Source: Felis catus
Lineage: Eukaryota
Assembly: GCF_018350175.1 (NCBI RefSeq)
Contig: NC_058368.1
Coordinates: 198,712,001 to 198,776,000, forward strand
Length of the DNA stretch: 64,000 nucleotides
Direction: 5' to 3'
Shown: one piece after another, positions 35,531 through 48,520 of the stretch
How the letters are laid out: every line of letters starts with the position of its first letter
Position numbering within the stretch: position 1 is the stretch's first letter
Program-made: the position numbers and the translations under genes
Notes under the pieces: generated by a model
What the model saw: only the letters and a program-made list of their open reading frames with translations
Databases searched by the model: none
Told to the model about the DNA's origin: nothing

Positions 35531-37341
35531 AAGATAGTTTTCAAAGTCTGAGAGCAGGAATACCTTCTTTAGATCGTTCTGAAACATGCAAGTAAATTAC
35601 CAATTAAAATATGGGTAGTGAATAGAGAATCTGCTTCAAAAAAAAAATGAGTGTGAAACCTTCATATTTTCCATTAATCCAATCTAATTTTGATTCTGGG
35701 CTATTGCAACGGATCTATTCAATCTGCTTGAGATCAGCCATGATTAATTTTGTTCATTGATTGACACATTTCACGAACGTACTGTCAGACGTGATGATGC
35801 AAAGTTGAATAAATGATTTAGAATTAAACCTTATATGTAGTAGGGGAGAAAGACATTGAGTCATTTGGACCTGTGTTGGCTTGACTGCAGTGTAGTAAGT
35901 AGATCATTAGCAACATGAAATAATGAGAGTGCAGAGTGTAGCATGAGTCCGGAATGGGGAGGTGGAGTTAGGGAAACCTGGGCCATGAGAAGTGAGAACA
36001 ATATTGCCTCTTGGATAAGAGGAATATGGATTTACTCTCTGAGTAAATAATCACCCTGAGTGTCTCAGGAGGTCTGCATATCGTTTCCGACCACTAGTAG
36101 AGGTGGGGACACCCTCCTGTGTGGGACACCGCACTCTGGGCCAGCCCTTTGGGAATCAAATCGCATGACTGAAGGTCTCCTCGGGAAGTTCGTGCAGCTG
36201 AAAGTAGAACTCTTCTGCGGTAGAAGTTAGATAACGGATGATTCATTTTTTGTATATGATGTATCAGGTATGCTGAAGTAGATTCTTTCCAGGCTTTAGC
36301 CTTCTAGACAGTGTTTAACCTATAAATAACAGTGTTTAAAAGTACAAAACTATGTAAAGTCATGCTGTCTTCTATTATCCAACCCCTCTCCTCACTTTAG
36401 CCTAAAGGTAGATAGTGCTTCCCCCAACCCCGCCCCCCCCCCCCCCCACAGGTCAAAGATTTTTATTAGAGTAAAACTAGAGAAAGATTTTTCATTTTAG
36501 GTGGCTGGAAAGTACATCCAGCTGAAAACCATCAACCATTTAGACTACATGCTTCATTTGAGTTGTGTTTCTGGATGCAAGTCAAGTATGACAACTGTGA
36601 GTTTCATAACTTTTCTAACTTGCTTCAAAAATGCTTTGGGGCCAAAATAGTTCTGAGGTCTTTTCGTCCTCTCCTGGTGAGGCCCTCTGGAGGTTATCAA
36701 GGTCAAGACTATGTTGCTGGGTTTCGGCACCTTCCAGGAGAGATGAGGAAGCCACGTGTCTTAGGCTTGCTTCATCTCCTGTCCTTGCCTATGTTCTCCC
36801 AGTCATGATTGTCACTTCTTGTTCAAGGTGAACATCTCATTGGGTCCATGTCTCTGACAAAGAGAAACCAATAATGTGTTATGTATTTTGTCTGCTTTAG
36901 CAAAGCTCAGGTCCTTTCATTAGAGTTGCAGTTTGTAGACTATGGAGAGTAAGTTAAGGGGAATACATTCTTGAAGGTTGAGTGGATAAGGAGGAGCTAT
37001 GGAAAGTAATAGTGGGAATAATTCCAGTGAGTGACTGTCACTGTCAGGATTCTACAGTGTTCATGACCATAATCTCCCAGTGAACACTCAAATCCAGGTG
37101 GTATTGTCTGTTTGGGGAATTATTTGTGGTGTTGTCATCAATGCTATCTCAGCTGCAGGTTATTAATTTTTTATTCAATCTTGGTTAAGGATAAAAAACT
37201 GTATAACCATAAATCTGAACAACTTATATAGAGCCATATGAGCTATTTCAGTGAATCAAATAGTTGATTCAAAAGCTGTGTTGTGCTAGACATAGTACTT
37301 AAGTTGAAGCAGTTATAGTTCTATCAAGAAATAATGAAAGT

Positions 37342-37412
37342 GTTGGATGAGCACTGGGTATTGTATGTAAGCCAATTTGACAATAAATTATGTTAGAAAT
37401 TAAAAAAAGAAA
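37342..37412 (+). mobile_element. 5'-truncated carnivore/felid L1 3' end
   Basis: ggatgagcactgggtattgtatgtaagccaatttgacaataaa followed by an A tail. Confidence 0.8.
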
Positions 37413-37420
37413 TAAAGCTT

Positions 37421-37626
37421 GGGGTGCCTGGGTGGCTCAGTCACTTAAGCATCTGACTCTTGGTTTCAGCTCAGGTCATGATCTCGTGATTCGTGAGTAC
37501 AAGCCCTGCGCCAGGCCCCACCCTGACAGCATAGAGCCTGCTTGGGATTCTCTCTCCCTGCCCCTTCCCTGCTCGTGTGTACGCACTCGCACACACTCTC
37601 TCTCTCAAAATAAATAAACTTTAAAA
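37421..37626 (+). mobile_element. Can-SINE inserted next to the L1 tail
   Basis: ggggtgcctgggtggctcagtc head, aaaataaataaac tail. Confidence 0.93.
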
Positions 37627-39249
37627 ACATAGTGAAGGCTCTGTTGTAAAACAATAGGGATAGAGGATGTATACTGAAGAAATATGTAGGAGGTAGAACC
37701 AGTGGGAATAGGGAGCCTTCATGAATTGTGGGCAGCGTGAATGAGAAAGGGGTGAGGATGTTTAAGAGGTTTCGAGCTTTGGATGATGGGTTGGATGGTG
37801 CTATTTACTAAAGTAGGACAGAGAGGAGTGACAAACAGATGAAGGAATTAATGATCAATTTGGGTGTTTGAATACCTAAGGGATATCTAGATAAAGATGT
37901 CTCATAGGAAGCTTAAAAACACTAGTTTGGTTCTCCAGAAAGATTGAAGCCTGAACGTAGAATTTGGAAGTCATCAATATAGTTGAAGGAATGAGAATAG
38001 AAGGAATGGCCCAGGTCAAACACCTCAAGGGAGAAATAGTATTTGGACATGAAGATAGGCCCTGCATTTCCATCTCTACTATTCCATTGAGGTTATCAAG
38101 ATCACCAACATCCCAGCTATTCCCAAATATAATGGTTATCTGTGTGTTCTGATCTTAAGTTACTACTTAGAAGCATTTATCTTAGTTGGTCACTGTCTCC
38201 TCCCTCTTGAAGCACTTAATTGTTCTTGACTTTTATATCACTGTTTTCTAGTTGGTTCCCCCACCCCACCCCACCCCATCAGTCCCCTTGGTTTCTCCTC
38301 TTGTGCCAAACTGTAAAGGCTTGACAGCTCCAGAAGTCTGCGTAGGCCTCCCTCTTCTTTGTCATTGGCATGACATTAGTGCTGTAATTCTAGAGGAAGA
38401 CAAAACTTGGCAAGTCGGATAAAGTTTTAAGATACACCAAAACCAATAGGATAGGATTTAAGAGGATGTGTTTCTTCTTCACGAAAAATATGGATAGAAT
38501 ATAAACTCCATTGACCTCAAACTAATAGGCTAGGAAAAAATCCAAATGTGCTTGTAGAGGATCTATGGAAACTATTCAACAAATCAGTTTAAAAATGAAC
38601 CAGACCATGTTCTAGTTGCTAGGGATACATCAGTTAAAAACATGCAAAAGCTCCTGCCCTCACAGGACTACCATTCTAGTGAGGGGAGACCGACAAACCA
38701 ATGAATAACCAAATTAGTGAATATGTAAGAAGATAAGTGTGGAAAAACATCACAGGAAGGGGGGGATAAGGAATGTTGTAAGGAGGGAAGAATATATTTT
38801 TTAACAAAGAGTAATTAGAGCAGGTCTCACTGAAAAGTGATGTGTGAGCAGAAACCCAAACCAGACAAAGAAGTGACTGTGAATCATGTATGTATCTTGG
38901 GGAAGAACTTTCCAGGGAGAGGCAATGGCAAGTGCAAAGGCCCTTAGGTAGGATTATATCTTGTGTGGTCCAGGAACTGCCAAGAGACCAGTTTGCCTGA
39001 GCAGCTGAGGGATGAAATTGTAGGAGGGGGCGGGGATGGGAGGGATGGAGGTGATGGCCAATTTTATAGGACCTTACAGTCTATCAGAAGGGCTATGATT
39101 TTTATCTTGAGTTGGATCTGTGGCTTTAGAGGACTTTGAGTAGAAAAGAGCTATGCTACATTTTAACAGGATCGCTCCGGCTGCTGTGTTGTAAATAGAT
39201 TCTGGAGAGGGTAGAGTGGAAGCAGGAAGCCAATTGCGAGACTGTATGG

Positions 39250-39645
39250 TCTCCCTGTCCCCCTTAGCTGTTGGGGATACAATCCAAGGCCCCCAGTGAA
39301 TGCTGGATACCTCAGATAGTATTGAACCCTATATATAGGTTTTTTCCGGTACACAGATACCTATGATAAAGGTTAATGTGTAAATCAAGTGTAGTAAGAG
39401 ATTAATAGGACAATTATAACAATATACTATAATAAAAGTTATGTGGATGTAGTCTCTCAAAATCTTATTAGACTGCCCTCACCTTCTTGTGCTGTGAGCT
39501 AAGATGCCTGTGTAATGAGACGAAGCCGGGTAAATGACGGCTGCTACTGACCTGCTTGGGATACTCTAGAAGGAGGATCATCTGCTCCTGGAGTACAGTC
39601 CATAGTGCATAACAGTGCAAGGTGAAGCCATAGGGGAGGGGAGAA
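39250..39645. mobile_element. MER44/Tigger7-family TcMar DNA transposon
   Basis: gggggatacaatccaaggcccccagtg..gaaccctatatata..acctatgataaag..acaattataacaatatactataataaaagttatgtg..agaaggaggatcatctgct. Confidence 0.8.
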
Positions 39646-40001
39646 TAATCCAGGCAAACAATGATTGTGTCTTAGGCCAGAGTAATAAGGGTAAAACATA
39701 AGCAGTAGTTAGATTCTGGATATATTTTGAAGCTATTGCTGGCAGAATTTCCTGATGGATTAGAGTGTGGTTTGAGAGAAAGAGAAATACCAAGGATTCT
39801 CCCAGGGTTTTTGACCTGAGCATGAATGGGAGTTATTGCAAAGGGAGGAGGAAACGGTTGGGAACAAGTTAGAAGTGCTACTCTGGGTGTGTTCAGTTTG
39901 AGATGCCAGTTAGATATCCAAGTTGGAGACAGGTGGACTGGACATTTGCATATGAACTTCGAGTCTGTGCTGCAGGTATAAATTAAAAGTTAAAAGCTTC
40001 T

Positions 40002-40226
40002 CAGCGTACTTGGGTGCCACATTTGGTCAAGCGTCGGACTCTTGATATCGGCTCGGGTCATGATGTCACAGTTTGAGATCCAGCCCTACCTCAGGCTCCA
40101 TGCTGACAGCTCAGAGCCTGCTTGGAATTCTCTCTCTCCCTCTTTCCTTCCTCCTCCCCAGCTTGCACGTGCGTGCATGAGCTCTCTCCCTGCCCCAACA
40201 CTCCCCCCCCCCCAAAAAAAACAACT
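40002..40226 (+). mobile_element. Can-SINE (diverged head)
   Basis: Perfect TSD ttaaaagcttct at 39990-40001 and 40227-40238. Confidence 0.9.
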
Positions 40227-41239
40227 TTAAAAGCTTCTAGAGACATGGAAAGAATGTAACTAGATGAGATCAACAAAGACGTGAATGTAGATAGAAAAGA
40301 AGTTTTAGGTCAGCCTCAGATATTCCAGTGGTAAGGGATTGGTGAGATTAAGCAACTAGAAAGGAGCTCCTTTCTCAGAGAAAATCCAGAAGAGGAGGAA
40401 TTAAGTGAGAAAGCTGTGAGGAGGAAGCAGTGAGAATTGTGTTAATTGAAAAGGACCTGTAAGAGCATGGCTGAGATTTGACCATGGGATCTAGTGATGT
40501 GGACATCACTGGTGACCTTGAGAAGAAGAGAGCACCTGTAAAACCCTGATAAGAGTGGGTTCAGGAGAGGAAGGAAAGAGAGGAAATAGGATTCTTGTAA
40601 GTTGTCGAGCTCTAACAGAAAGCAGAAAAACAGAAAGTGTGTCCTAGAGAGAGTCTTTCTTGCTTTCCTCCACCTTCTTCCCCCCTCTTTTCCTCTAATC
40701 CTCCTTTCCTGGTTTGAGAAATAGCAGCATGCTGTGTATGGGTGGGAATTACCCAGGAGTAAGGGGAATTTTGATCAAGGGGAGAGGGGAGGGGATAGCT
40801 GGAGCATTACTCTGAGTAGGCTGAGGGGAATAGAATCTGGTGGGAAGACTGGTTTTTGAGAAGAGCAATATAGTTCATCCTTAGAGCTAGATAGGAATCC
40901 ATTAAAATGCAAAGGAATGCAAATCTAATGAATTAATGAACTAATTTAGGTACAACCTAGAAGGGGTATTGCTGATCCAAGTCTCAGGGAACAATTAAGT
41001 AATATCAGCTTGACTCTGGGGTAGATGCCCCTTAACAAAACCATTTTTAAGGCCTGGCATTTCTATTAGAGGGACTTGAAAAGGAATTCTATACATGACT
41101 GATAAATATTTCAGTGAAGAATCCAAATCATGATTTGCTGTCAGAAGTCTTTGGTTGAAATTTAGAATTATGTATAGACATTGAAGTAAATCAAACTCTC
41201 ATTATTGGTAATTTCATGGTAAATTTGAAATAACATTTT

Positions 41240-41438
41240 AATTTTTTTTAAGTTTATTTTTTTGAGACAGTGTAAGCAGGAGAGGGGCAGAGAGAGGAGG
41301 GGGAGAGAGAATCCCAAGCAGGCACCACACCATCAGCATGGAGCCTGATGCCTGGCTTGAACTCATGAACTATGAGATCGTGACCCGAGCCGAGATCAAG
41401 AGTCAGTCATTTAACCAACTGAGCCACCCAGGCGCCCC
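41240..41438 (-). mobile_element. Can-SINE
   Basis: ttaaccaactgagccacccaggcgcccc. Confidence 0.94.
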
Positions 41439-42076
41439 TTTAGTTTTTGCAATTGAAATATTTTTCCTGTCATGACAGTTTAATTGTAATTCCAATTAAA
41501 ATGATCAAATTGAATAATTGATTTAAACTTGTGATTTTAGTATAAATGTTTTTGTAATCAGAATTGAAATGTTTGAGAACTTAAGATCTACCAAGTTTTA
41601 TGTTTAATTTATTGGCGTTATAAAAATTTAGTGCTTGGAAACATTTGCATTAAGCAATCAAAGTGCTTTAAAAAGAAAATTGACTATATTAAATTTATAA
41701 ATACAAGTTTAAAATTTAAAGGGAATTTAATGAATTAAGTTTGTTAATGGGACCAAATGTTAAAGTCCCCAATAAAAGTGATTGCTGTAATAGGCTAAGT
41801 TTAGAAGTACAATGATAGGATTTGTAAGAAGCATAAGGAACAGTGAAGTTTTTACATTTTGGCTTTAATAATTTGAACGTTAGTTTGCAGAAGGGGTCAT
41901 TTCTTACAAGAATACCAGGAAAACTCCTGTTCTCCTCAGTGTATATAGCCTCCCCAGGTGACATCATCCCTGGCTTAAAAACTATCCAATGATACTAGTA
42001 TTTAATATATCAATGCTGATCTCTTCAGAACCCCAGACTAATAGGCATCTCAAAAGTGACTAAAACCAAACTTGTA

Positions 42077-42270
42077 GGGCATCTGGGTGGGTCAGTCGGT
42101 TAAGTGTCTGACTCTTGATTTTGGCTCAGGTCATGATCTCATGGTTCGTGGGATCAAGCCCCATGTCGGGCTCTGTGCTGACAGCTCAGATCTGCTTGGG
42201 AGTCTTTCTCTCTCCTTCTCTCTGCCCCTCCTCCGTGTGCATGCTTCTCAAAATAAATTTAAAAATAAAT
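42077..42270 (+). mobile_element. Can-SINE within an L2 fragment
   Basis: gggcatctgggtgggtcagtcggttaag..ggctcaggtcatgatctc. Confidence 0.92.
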
Positions 42271-42397
42271 ACAGTAAAAGACTAAACCTCACCAAACTCT
42301 TTAATTTCTTTAACACTCAATACCCCCCAAACCTTAATTCCTTAGCTGTTAAAGCCAAAACCCTAGGTGTCATTCTAGATTCCTCCTCATTTTAGTT

Positions 42398-42422
42398 ATA
42401 AGAAGGCTCCATCAGAATCCTG

Positions 42423-42456
<34 letters not shown>

Positions 42457-42873
42457 CTATTCAAAGTGGGTAACTTGAAGAGAGTTAACTAATGGGACTA
42501 TACAAAGATGTGGATACTGTATGAGGAAACCACCCTTAGTCCCAAAAGGGCAAAGTGAGGCAACCCTTTTGCGAACCCAGAGACAGGGCTGAGTGGAGGG
42601 GACAGCCTGATTGGAGCTGTGGATGTCACTCTCAGGATGCAGCAGGCCCTCACTGGCCGTGCAAGGAAGGAGCTGAGGGAAAAAAAAAAAAAAAAAAAAA
42701 AACACCCAATTTGATTCTTTTTCCCATCTCTTTCTGGTGCCTCCACCCTGTGCAATCTGACTAGAAGCCAAGGCTCGGGTACCCATCTGTGCAGTCCGTA
42801 GAGGTGAGCCTCCAGGCCCACGGAGCAGGTTGGAGAAGAGCGGAGGCAGGCCAGCACAGAAGACACCAGCACA
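42398..42873 (-). mobile_element. LTR33-like ERVL solo LTR
   Basis: ttcaaagtgggtaacttgaagagagttaactaatgggactat..aggaaacca; tgcagtccgtagaggtgagcctcc..cagcaca. Confidence 0.7.
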
Positions 42874-43678
42874 AAGGCTAGTAAAGCCTGCAGTACATTA
42901 TTTCTGGGACAGACCTTAGTTATTTTTCTCCTCACATATTTCTACATTTGGTGTCCATTTCCTATTAGAGAGATCTTTGAATTCCACTTTTCTTCATGGT
43001 TTATGACCCTTTTTCTGTGTCTCTAACCTTTCCCCCCCCCCCCCTTGAGCAATGATGCCCCCATCACACCTTAGGGTACCACGGTCTCCTGAAACACTCT
43101 ACTAGTCAGGCAGAGGTCTTGGAAGGTTAGCCCAGAAGTCTTGTGAACTAATAACCTTTTTATGACCAGATAATTTGACTGTTAAGTTGTTAGAAATTGT
43201 GCTAAAACTGAAGAGATTTAAGGTGTAATTATTAGCAGTTGACATTTTTAGTATTGGGTGGTTGGTTTTCTAAATCTTCAATCTTTGTGAAATCTCATTG
43301 TTTAAGTGAAATAAATGTTGGCCCTTTTAATGTAAGTATAGAAAATTCTCAAGCTGACATTCAGGAGAGTTTCAGTATTAGAGGTAGCAGTTGGACCTGA
43401 AGCCATGTCCTGTATCAAGTCAAAGATGTACTGATTATTTAGTGCTACCTGATCTCCCCTTTTAACTCCTCTTGCCTTTCCCACCTTGTTCTGTGAAAGT
43501 TTGAAATCCCACCTTAATCCGAATTGAATTTAGAGTATATCCTTTGCTCCTATTTGATCAGATTTTATTGGATCTCTTTTTATTACTTCATCCATTCGCT
43601 TCTCATTTCTTTCAGAGAAGGACTAGGTATGTCTTATCATAAAAACCCAAGAAAGCATATAACAAATATGTGATTTGA

Positions 43679-43857
43679 GGGGCGCCTGGATGGTTCAGTC
43701 AGTTAAGCATCTGACTTCGGCTTAGGTCATGATCTTGCAGTTCGTGAGTTCGAGCCCCGCATCGGGCTCTGTGCTGACAGCTCGGAGCCTGGAGCCTGCT
43801 TCGGATGCTGTCTTCCTCTCTCTCTCTCTGCCCCTCCCCCGCTCGTGTGCGTGCGCG

Positions 43858-43896
<39 letters not shown>

Positions 43897-43914
43897 AAAA
43901 ATAAACATTAAACA
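43679..43914 (+). mobile_element. Can-SINE, copy 1 of a tandem dimer
   Basis: Flanked by aaatatgtgatttga at 43664-43678 and 43915-43929. Confidence 0.96.
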
Positions 43915-43929
43915 AAATATGTGATTTGA

Positions 43930-44153
43930 GGGGCGCCTGGATGGTTCAGTCAGTTAAGCATCTGACTTCGGCTTAGGTCATGATCTTGCAGTTCATGAGT
44001 TCGAGCCCCGCATCGGGCTCTGTGCTGACAGCTCGGAGCCTGGAGCCTGCTTCGGATGCTGTCTTCCTCTCTCTCTCTCTCTGCCCCTCCCCCGCTCATG
44101 CGCGTGCGCTCTCTTTCTCTCTCTCTCTCTCTGTCAAAAATAAACATTAAACA
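43930..44153 (+). mobile_element. Can-SINE, copy 2 of a tandem dimer
   Basis: Nearly identical to copy 1. Followed by aaatacgtgatttga at 44154-44168. Confidence 0.96.
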
Positions 44154-44822
44154 AAATACGTGATTTGACATTGTGTAATGTAGCATTTCAAAATCTCACG
44201 GTTTAAGATATTGTATCTTCTGTACTTTTTGAGGGTGAATAGAAATGTCCAACTTGGAATGGTTATGGAAATTATGGAAAATTAATAGGATTGAAGAGAG
44301 CTGTGGTTTTTATTTTATAGATGATTTGAAAGTCTTGCTAATTAAGAAAATCTCAGGACTTTTTTTATTCTCGCCCATACCCCAGTGCCATCAGAAAAAG
44401 TAACAGTGAGGTCTTACTTCACTAAATCCAGAATTAGTTAAGACTGAAATTCTTTGTTTCAGAATTTTATGTAGCCGAGAATACTTGGATTTTTCTGGTG
44501 ATGTCTTATTCCCCTTGTGATTCCCAGATGAGTCCTGATCCTCTCAGATACATTTTATGTACTCTTTTGGTGATGAATATTTTATCTCTGCCAACACTGT
44601 CTCTAATTTGTCCAAGCACAATTCCCTGGAGGACCTTTGTATCCACTATTATTGTAATTATAAAATCGATTCTAACACTAGATTCAGTCATGAGTATACC
44701 CTTTCTTGCTTATGGAGAGCCATGGGGAAGTAGAGTCCATTCAGGTGGAGTCATAATTCCTTGTACAGAATGCAATAAATTATTTCCGCAGATTCACCAA
44801 ATGAGACAAAATGTCCTTACCA

Positions 44823-44854
<32 letters not shown>

Positions 44855-45826
44855 CCAACAACAACAGGCCTTTATCTGTTTTCTTTCCAACCTCCTTCCC
44901 CATACTGTTTTTTTAACATGCTAGTTTACTGCAAGCATTCAGATTTTCTTCTTTTTTGGGAAAGCTGAATTTGTGAGCCAAAGACCACAGGTTTCAAGAT
45001 TTTTTAATTTTTTGCAAACCATAAATATGATTGTTCTTTTTTTTTTTCTGTGCATGTTCCAGATGAGTAGTTTTTTTGTTGTAACAGTTGCTTCACAATT
45101 ATGCTGTGATTTGCAAATCAGAAAAGGGAGACTGGAAGGATTATATATTAGACAAATATGTTGAAAACCAGAATGGTCTGTTTAAAAAAAAAAAAAAAAA
45201 AAAAAAAACAAAAATGCCCAGTCACACATCCTTAAGGAGTTTGTGTCTGTGTTCCTAGTGACCAGCTATGGCACAGATGACTACCTGATTTTTCGTTGCT
45301 GTTTTTAATTAACGAAAGCTAGGTACCTGCACATCTCCAAGTCTGCCCTATCCCATTTTCCACCGAGATATCAAAGCTGAAAGGAAAGCAAGAATACGCA
45401 AGTATGGACATAAGAGGTGTCAGGCATTAGCCTCCTACACATACACAGCCAGCCCTCATCTTCCTAGATGTAATCACTGATCAGTGCAAGTATGGAAGGA
45501 AGACAGAGAATGCATGTAGAAGACAGCTGAGTACATAAGTGGGACATTGAGAAGGCAAACATGTTTGCTCAGGAAAATCCAAGCCAGATTTTCCACTAGC
45601 CCCCATCCTGCCCACTTCCTTGAGTCAGCTGGACTCGCTCTTCTTGGCCATTCCCAAAGTTCTGGCATATTCTTTCAGAGTAAGTCCGTGGAATTGGAAG
45701 ATCAACAAATGCTGTTGTATTTTCTGTCTTTAAATTGTAATAATAGAAAAAGTCTGCTGTCTGTTGGGCCAAAGGACAAAATTGTGGTTGGTATTGGTTT
45801 TGGCTGCCCTACAAATGAATGCTTTA

Positions 45827-46182
45827 TTTGTAATCCCACAGGAGCTTGGTGTCAGGGCTCCCTCCTTTCATTGCTGAAGGTAGGGGACAGCCATTTTTGT
45901 TCTCCGCTCCCTGGCAGCCAGGACCCCAGCATGATGCCAAGGTTCGTTTGGTGGGATGCTCCAGCCTGATGCTCAGGGACACCTGGCTGGGGCAGTCAGA
46001 GGTCATTCCCAACAGCAGTGGATGCAGGGTGCCAGGCAGCTGGTACAGGGGCGACTCCTAAAGTAGCAGCTGCTGCCATGTCACTGCCATGGGCTGCCTG
46101 GGTTCTTCCTGTTCTTCAGCTTCTTGTCCATTCTGTGAATTATCATTATCCTTCTGTTTACCACCAGAATCCTGTCTGGTAC
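45827..46182 (+). mobile_element. LTR16-like ERVL LTR remnant
   Basis: tgtaatcccacaggagcttggtgtc..cagccatttt..ccctggcagccagg..ttctgtgaatta..agaatcctgtctggtaca. Confidence 0.5.
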
Positions 46183-47394
46183 AAAAGAAAAAGGACACTC
46201 CTTTCAAAAAACACTTAGGATGTTCAATTATTCCTATTTTCCGGGTAGCTTGAGACCTCCTTTGATGGGAGTTGGTGCCTTCCTTGGCCAAAGAAAGTGA
46301 TTGACCAGACTTCATTTGGTAAGACTCCAGATAAATCTGTCAGGCCCGTGAATCCCTCTGAGATCTTCAGCATTCTGTTTAAATGGGACCTGTATTGTCT
46401 ATATAATATATATGGGGACATAATTTAAGGCATTCGCACCTATATTCCGGGGAATAAAACGGAGCAAATAATAAATCAAAATGTTTCTAGCACAAATTAA
46501 GTCCATGTGCTGCTTCTAATATTCTGAGGGAACGGAAGATTACTTTTGTTGGTACTTCATTTTTGATCAGTGATTTGCGGGTGCTGAAGGAAATCTGGTG
46601 ATATCTTCAATGACCTCAAGTAGAGCTGCCTTAATTTGTGTTGAGCGTTTGTGAAGTTTGACAGTAGTCGCAAAGTGCCTCTTTAATAAAACACACCTTT
46701 AAATAACTCTCAGATTAATTCCAGCTCCTAAGGTGAGAAGATGGCTTGAACTACCGCTGCTGCCAGCTCAGCTGTAGATCTGAGCTCCCCAGCTGTGCCC
46801 TCCCCTCTCCCCACCTGCTCAGACTCTGCAGTCAGAATCTGTCTGACACGTGTGTTGATGTGCGAGGCGAGATCGCATCTCGTTCACTGTATTGGCTCCT
46901 CGGCGCTAGACCATAGTAAACATTCGTCTCTGTCAGCAGTTAACAGCAACGTGATTTGAGGACACGCAGGGTTTACAGACCCTCTTCTGCCTATTATGCT
47001 TTTGTCTAGGTCTGCATAGACATAGGAGATTGACATTCAGAGAATTGGTCTAGCTCTTAAGATACACCAGTAATGTTTAAAAGCTGTTTTATAGGAGTTT
47101 CCTCCTCTCTGGTAACAAAAACAAAAGACAAAACAAAAAAACAGTGATGGTCTCACTCTGCGTTATATCACAGTCCCTTTTAATAGCTGTTACTATAGCA
47201 AACCAAAGGACTGTCTACTGGTCCTTAGTCACCATTGGTATTTGGTATATCATATCAGAACTTTGACCAAATGGGTACTAAAATAAATCCAGACGCTGAA
47301 TTATCTTTACTCTGTGAAGGATCCTGATTGGTCAGAAAAATCAGTTCCTTTTAGGAAAACCTTCCTCGAAGTGAAAAACCTAATAAGTCATGAT

Positions 47395-47560
47395 GGCAAT
47401 ACCTGTTGACTGAGCACTGTTCTGAGCATGTGGGGTATGGTACCTCATTGACCACTCCCAAGAATCTGTGAGATGAGCCTCACTCTCTAGATTAGGAAAC
47501 AGAGATCAGTGAAGTAACTTCTCCAAATCCCAGTGGAGCTCAGTTTTAGGCTTGTCTGAC
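47395..47560 (-). mobile_element. MIR
   Basis: ttgactgagcactgttctgagc..tgtgagatg..aggaaacagag..gaagtaactt. Confidence 0.6.
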
Positions 47561-47639
47561 CTCGCACTTAATAAAGCCATGAGGACTTAATTAAGTGGGG
47601 ATCTCATCTTACCACATGGTGGATGCGGTCTCCGCCATT

Positions 47640-48520
47640 CAAGTTCCAAAGTGGAATTAGAAGTGGTACCTATATTCAGGTGCTTGAGGTCCTAGTGGGG
47701 GAAGCTGGACTAGAAATCAACTTCAAAGAATGGTAAGTGTTAGGATGGTAGAATAGAAAAGGCACTAAGGTAGTTAAAGAAGGTCATCTGAATCAGACTG
47801 AGGGCACAGAGGTCTTTCGGAAGAAATTACTATCGAGCTGAATTTTGAAGGGTGACTAGGAGCCAGCTAGAGGGAGATAGTGGAGAATGATGTGTAGGCA
47901 GAGGGTCAACTCCTCGGCCTTGGAGCACGAAACAGACTGGAACGGGACCTGTGCACATAGATCTGTAGGACTGGCATGGAGGTCACGTATATGGTTGAAA
48001 AATAGCCCCTATGTATTATAAACTTACAATTTTAAGTTTTGTGCGTCGAACCCTGATTTAGGTGCCTTACAAACATTACAACCGTTATCTCTTGTAACCG
48101 TTATAACAGCCATTAGAGATCGCAAATGAAGGCAAAGTCCACATCATAAAGACCCTATCTGCTTCAATAAGGAACTTGGACTTTATCCTGACAGCTCTAG
48201 GTGGTCTTGGAAAGATTTGAAATCACGGGAACGACTCGATGTGTTTAGGAAAGATCTTTGTTAACATTTTGGAGATTTAATCGGAGTCTGGTAAACCTGA
48301 GGTAAGGAGAACAGGCTGTGTTGTCTAGGAGATAGTGGTGATGTTTTGAACAAAGGCTTGAGGGCCAGGGGGCTACAGGGAGGGGGCAGAGACCGAGTGG
48401 GGAGTGGGACGGATGAGCAGAGATTGGTGACTGATGGGATATGTAGGCCTGAGGTCCATCTTCATGGAACCTGAAGATTACTAAGTAAAGGAATGCTCTG
48501 TTGTTGCCCAAAATACGGGA
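47640..48520 (-). mobile_element. L2 fragment with a nested MIR 3' piece (~48000-48115)
   Basis: Purine-rich L2 motifs (gagctgaattttgaagg, aaggaacttggactttatcct) are interrupted by MIR-like aatagc..tgtgc..ctgatttaggtgccttac..atctc. Confidence 0.6.

Larger units (their letters stand above)
38590..40900 (-). mobile_element. L2 LINE (L2a-like), interrupted by MER44 and a Can-SINE
   Basis: gttctagttgctagggataca..cctgccctca..cattctagtg; gcaagtgcaaaggccct; gttagattctggatatattttgaag; cactggtgaccttg. Confidence 0.8.

Noticed and set aside
43664..44168. Repeat-spacer-repeat pattern superficially like a CRISPR array
   Set aside because: The spacers are near-identical SINE copies and the repeats are TSDs. 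The context is eukaryotic with no cas genes.
48000..48115. Odd-looking insert with repeated AACCGTTAT inside an L2
   Set aside because: Explained as a diverged minus-strand MIR 3' fragment.
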